From NCBI GenBank assembly GCA_965248695.1, contig CBDFKD010000002.1, positions 2,080,001-2,144,000 on the forward strand: a stretch of 64,000 nt of DNA, given 5' to 3'. Numbering within the stretch: position 1 is the stretch's first letter; each line of letters opens with the position of its first letter. The notes below the pieces were generated by a model. The model was not told the DNA's origin. It made no database searches and saw only the letters and a program-made list of their open reading frames with translations. The DNA is from Acidobacteriota bacterium (GTDB lineage Bacteria > Acidobacteriota > UBA890 > WLXD01). Made by a program: the position numbers and the translations under genes. Of the stretch, positions 63,638 through 64,000 are shown piece by piece.

Positions 63638-64000
63638 ATGCGAGGAGCAACGATAAGCGCCCGCACCAAGAAATTCGTCGCCAGCGCCTTTCTGCCCGGG
63701 TACTTGGTCCTGTGGTTGACGGCCACGGCGTGTTCATCGGAAATCAAGTTCTACCTGTGGTGTCTCGATGTGCTCGGCCTCCGTCAGGATGGCGTCGCCG
63801 GGGTCGCGATACCCGGATTCCGGGGCGACGTCGTCTTCGGCGGCGACGCCGGCGATCCTGTTTTCCCCGACGGCGAGGTCACCGAGCTGTCGACTACCGT
63901 GTTCCATACCCCGGTGAAGTTCCCCGCCGGCGACATGACGATCTCCGGCAGGTTCAGCCCGTTCGGCCGTGCCGCGGAACGGCTGGCGCGACCGAAGGAC
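63638..64000 (+). CDS. Hypothetical exported protein/lipoprotein, running off the window end
   Basis: Translated by hand from ATG 63638: MRGATISARTKKFVASAFLPGYLVLWLTATACSSEIKF..., no stop before 64000, GC3-rich codons. Confidence 0.5.
   Translation, partial: MRGATISARTKKFVASAFLPGYLVLWLTATACSSEIKFYLWCLDVLGLRQDGVAGVAIPGFRGDVVFGGDAGDPVFPDGEVTELSTTVFHTPVKFPAGDMTISGRFSPFGRAAERLARPKD

Noticed and set aside
63552-63737. 61-aa minus-strand ORF upstream of the amidohydrolase
   Set aside because: Poor composition, and it overlaps the more plausible plus-strand ORF starting at 63638
1-64000. CRISPR array, tRNA or rRNA genes
   Set aside because: No regularly spaced identical repeats with unique spacers, cloverleaf signatures or rRNA-like sequence were seen by eye

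Overview
GC-rich bacterial chromosomal window, most likely from an Acidobacteriota-like (or Gemmatimonadota-like) organism. This is inferred from three ADOP-type duplicated ABC permeases, an acidobacterial-type PadR and a secreted protein ending in an 'EAR..GVP..WLR' motif. About 50 genes are supported. Main blocks: (i) amine/amino-acid oxidation genes around a Na+:solute symporter and a MOSC protein; (ii) a GH20 hexosaminidase; (iii) a possible terpenoid-transforming block (linalool dehydratase/isomerase-like protein plus ScsC/DsbA-like lipoprotein, acyl-CoA ligase, benzyl/geraniol-type alcohol dehydrogenase, phytoene-desaturase-family flavoprotein, prenyltransferase-repeat protein with CxxCH); (iv) an intact IS3-family element with no target duplication between two truncated genes; (v) a GcvT-like gene, two COG1233 flavoproteins and an IclR regulator; (vi) feoAB behind a DtxR-type box; (vii) a glycoside 3-dehydrogenase-type locus; (viii) kbl, vapBC and an amidohydrolase. 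The best candidate for an undescribed system is the translationally coupled apbE-doxX-Gfo/Idh/MocA operon (54277-57436). Its Tat-type dehydrogenase carries an ApbE-like flavinylation motif (DAVTTAT), and the ApbE has no export signal. No rRNA, tRNA or CRISPR array was seen. All family assignments come from recognising motifs by eye; no database searches were run.
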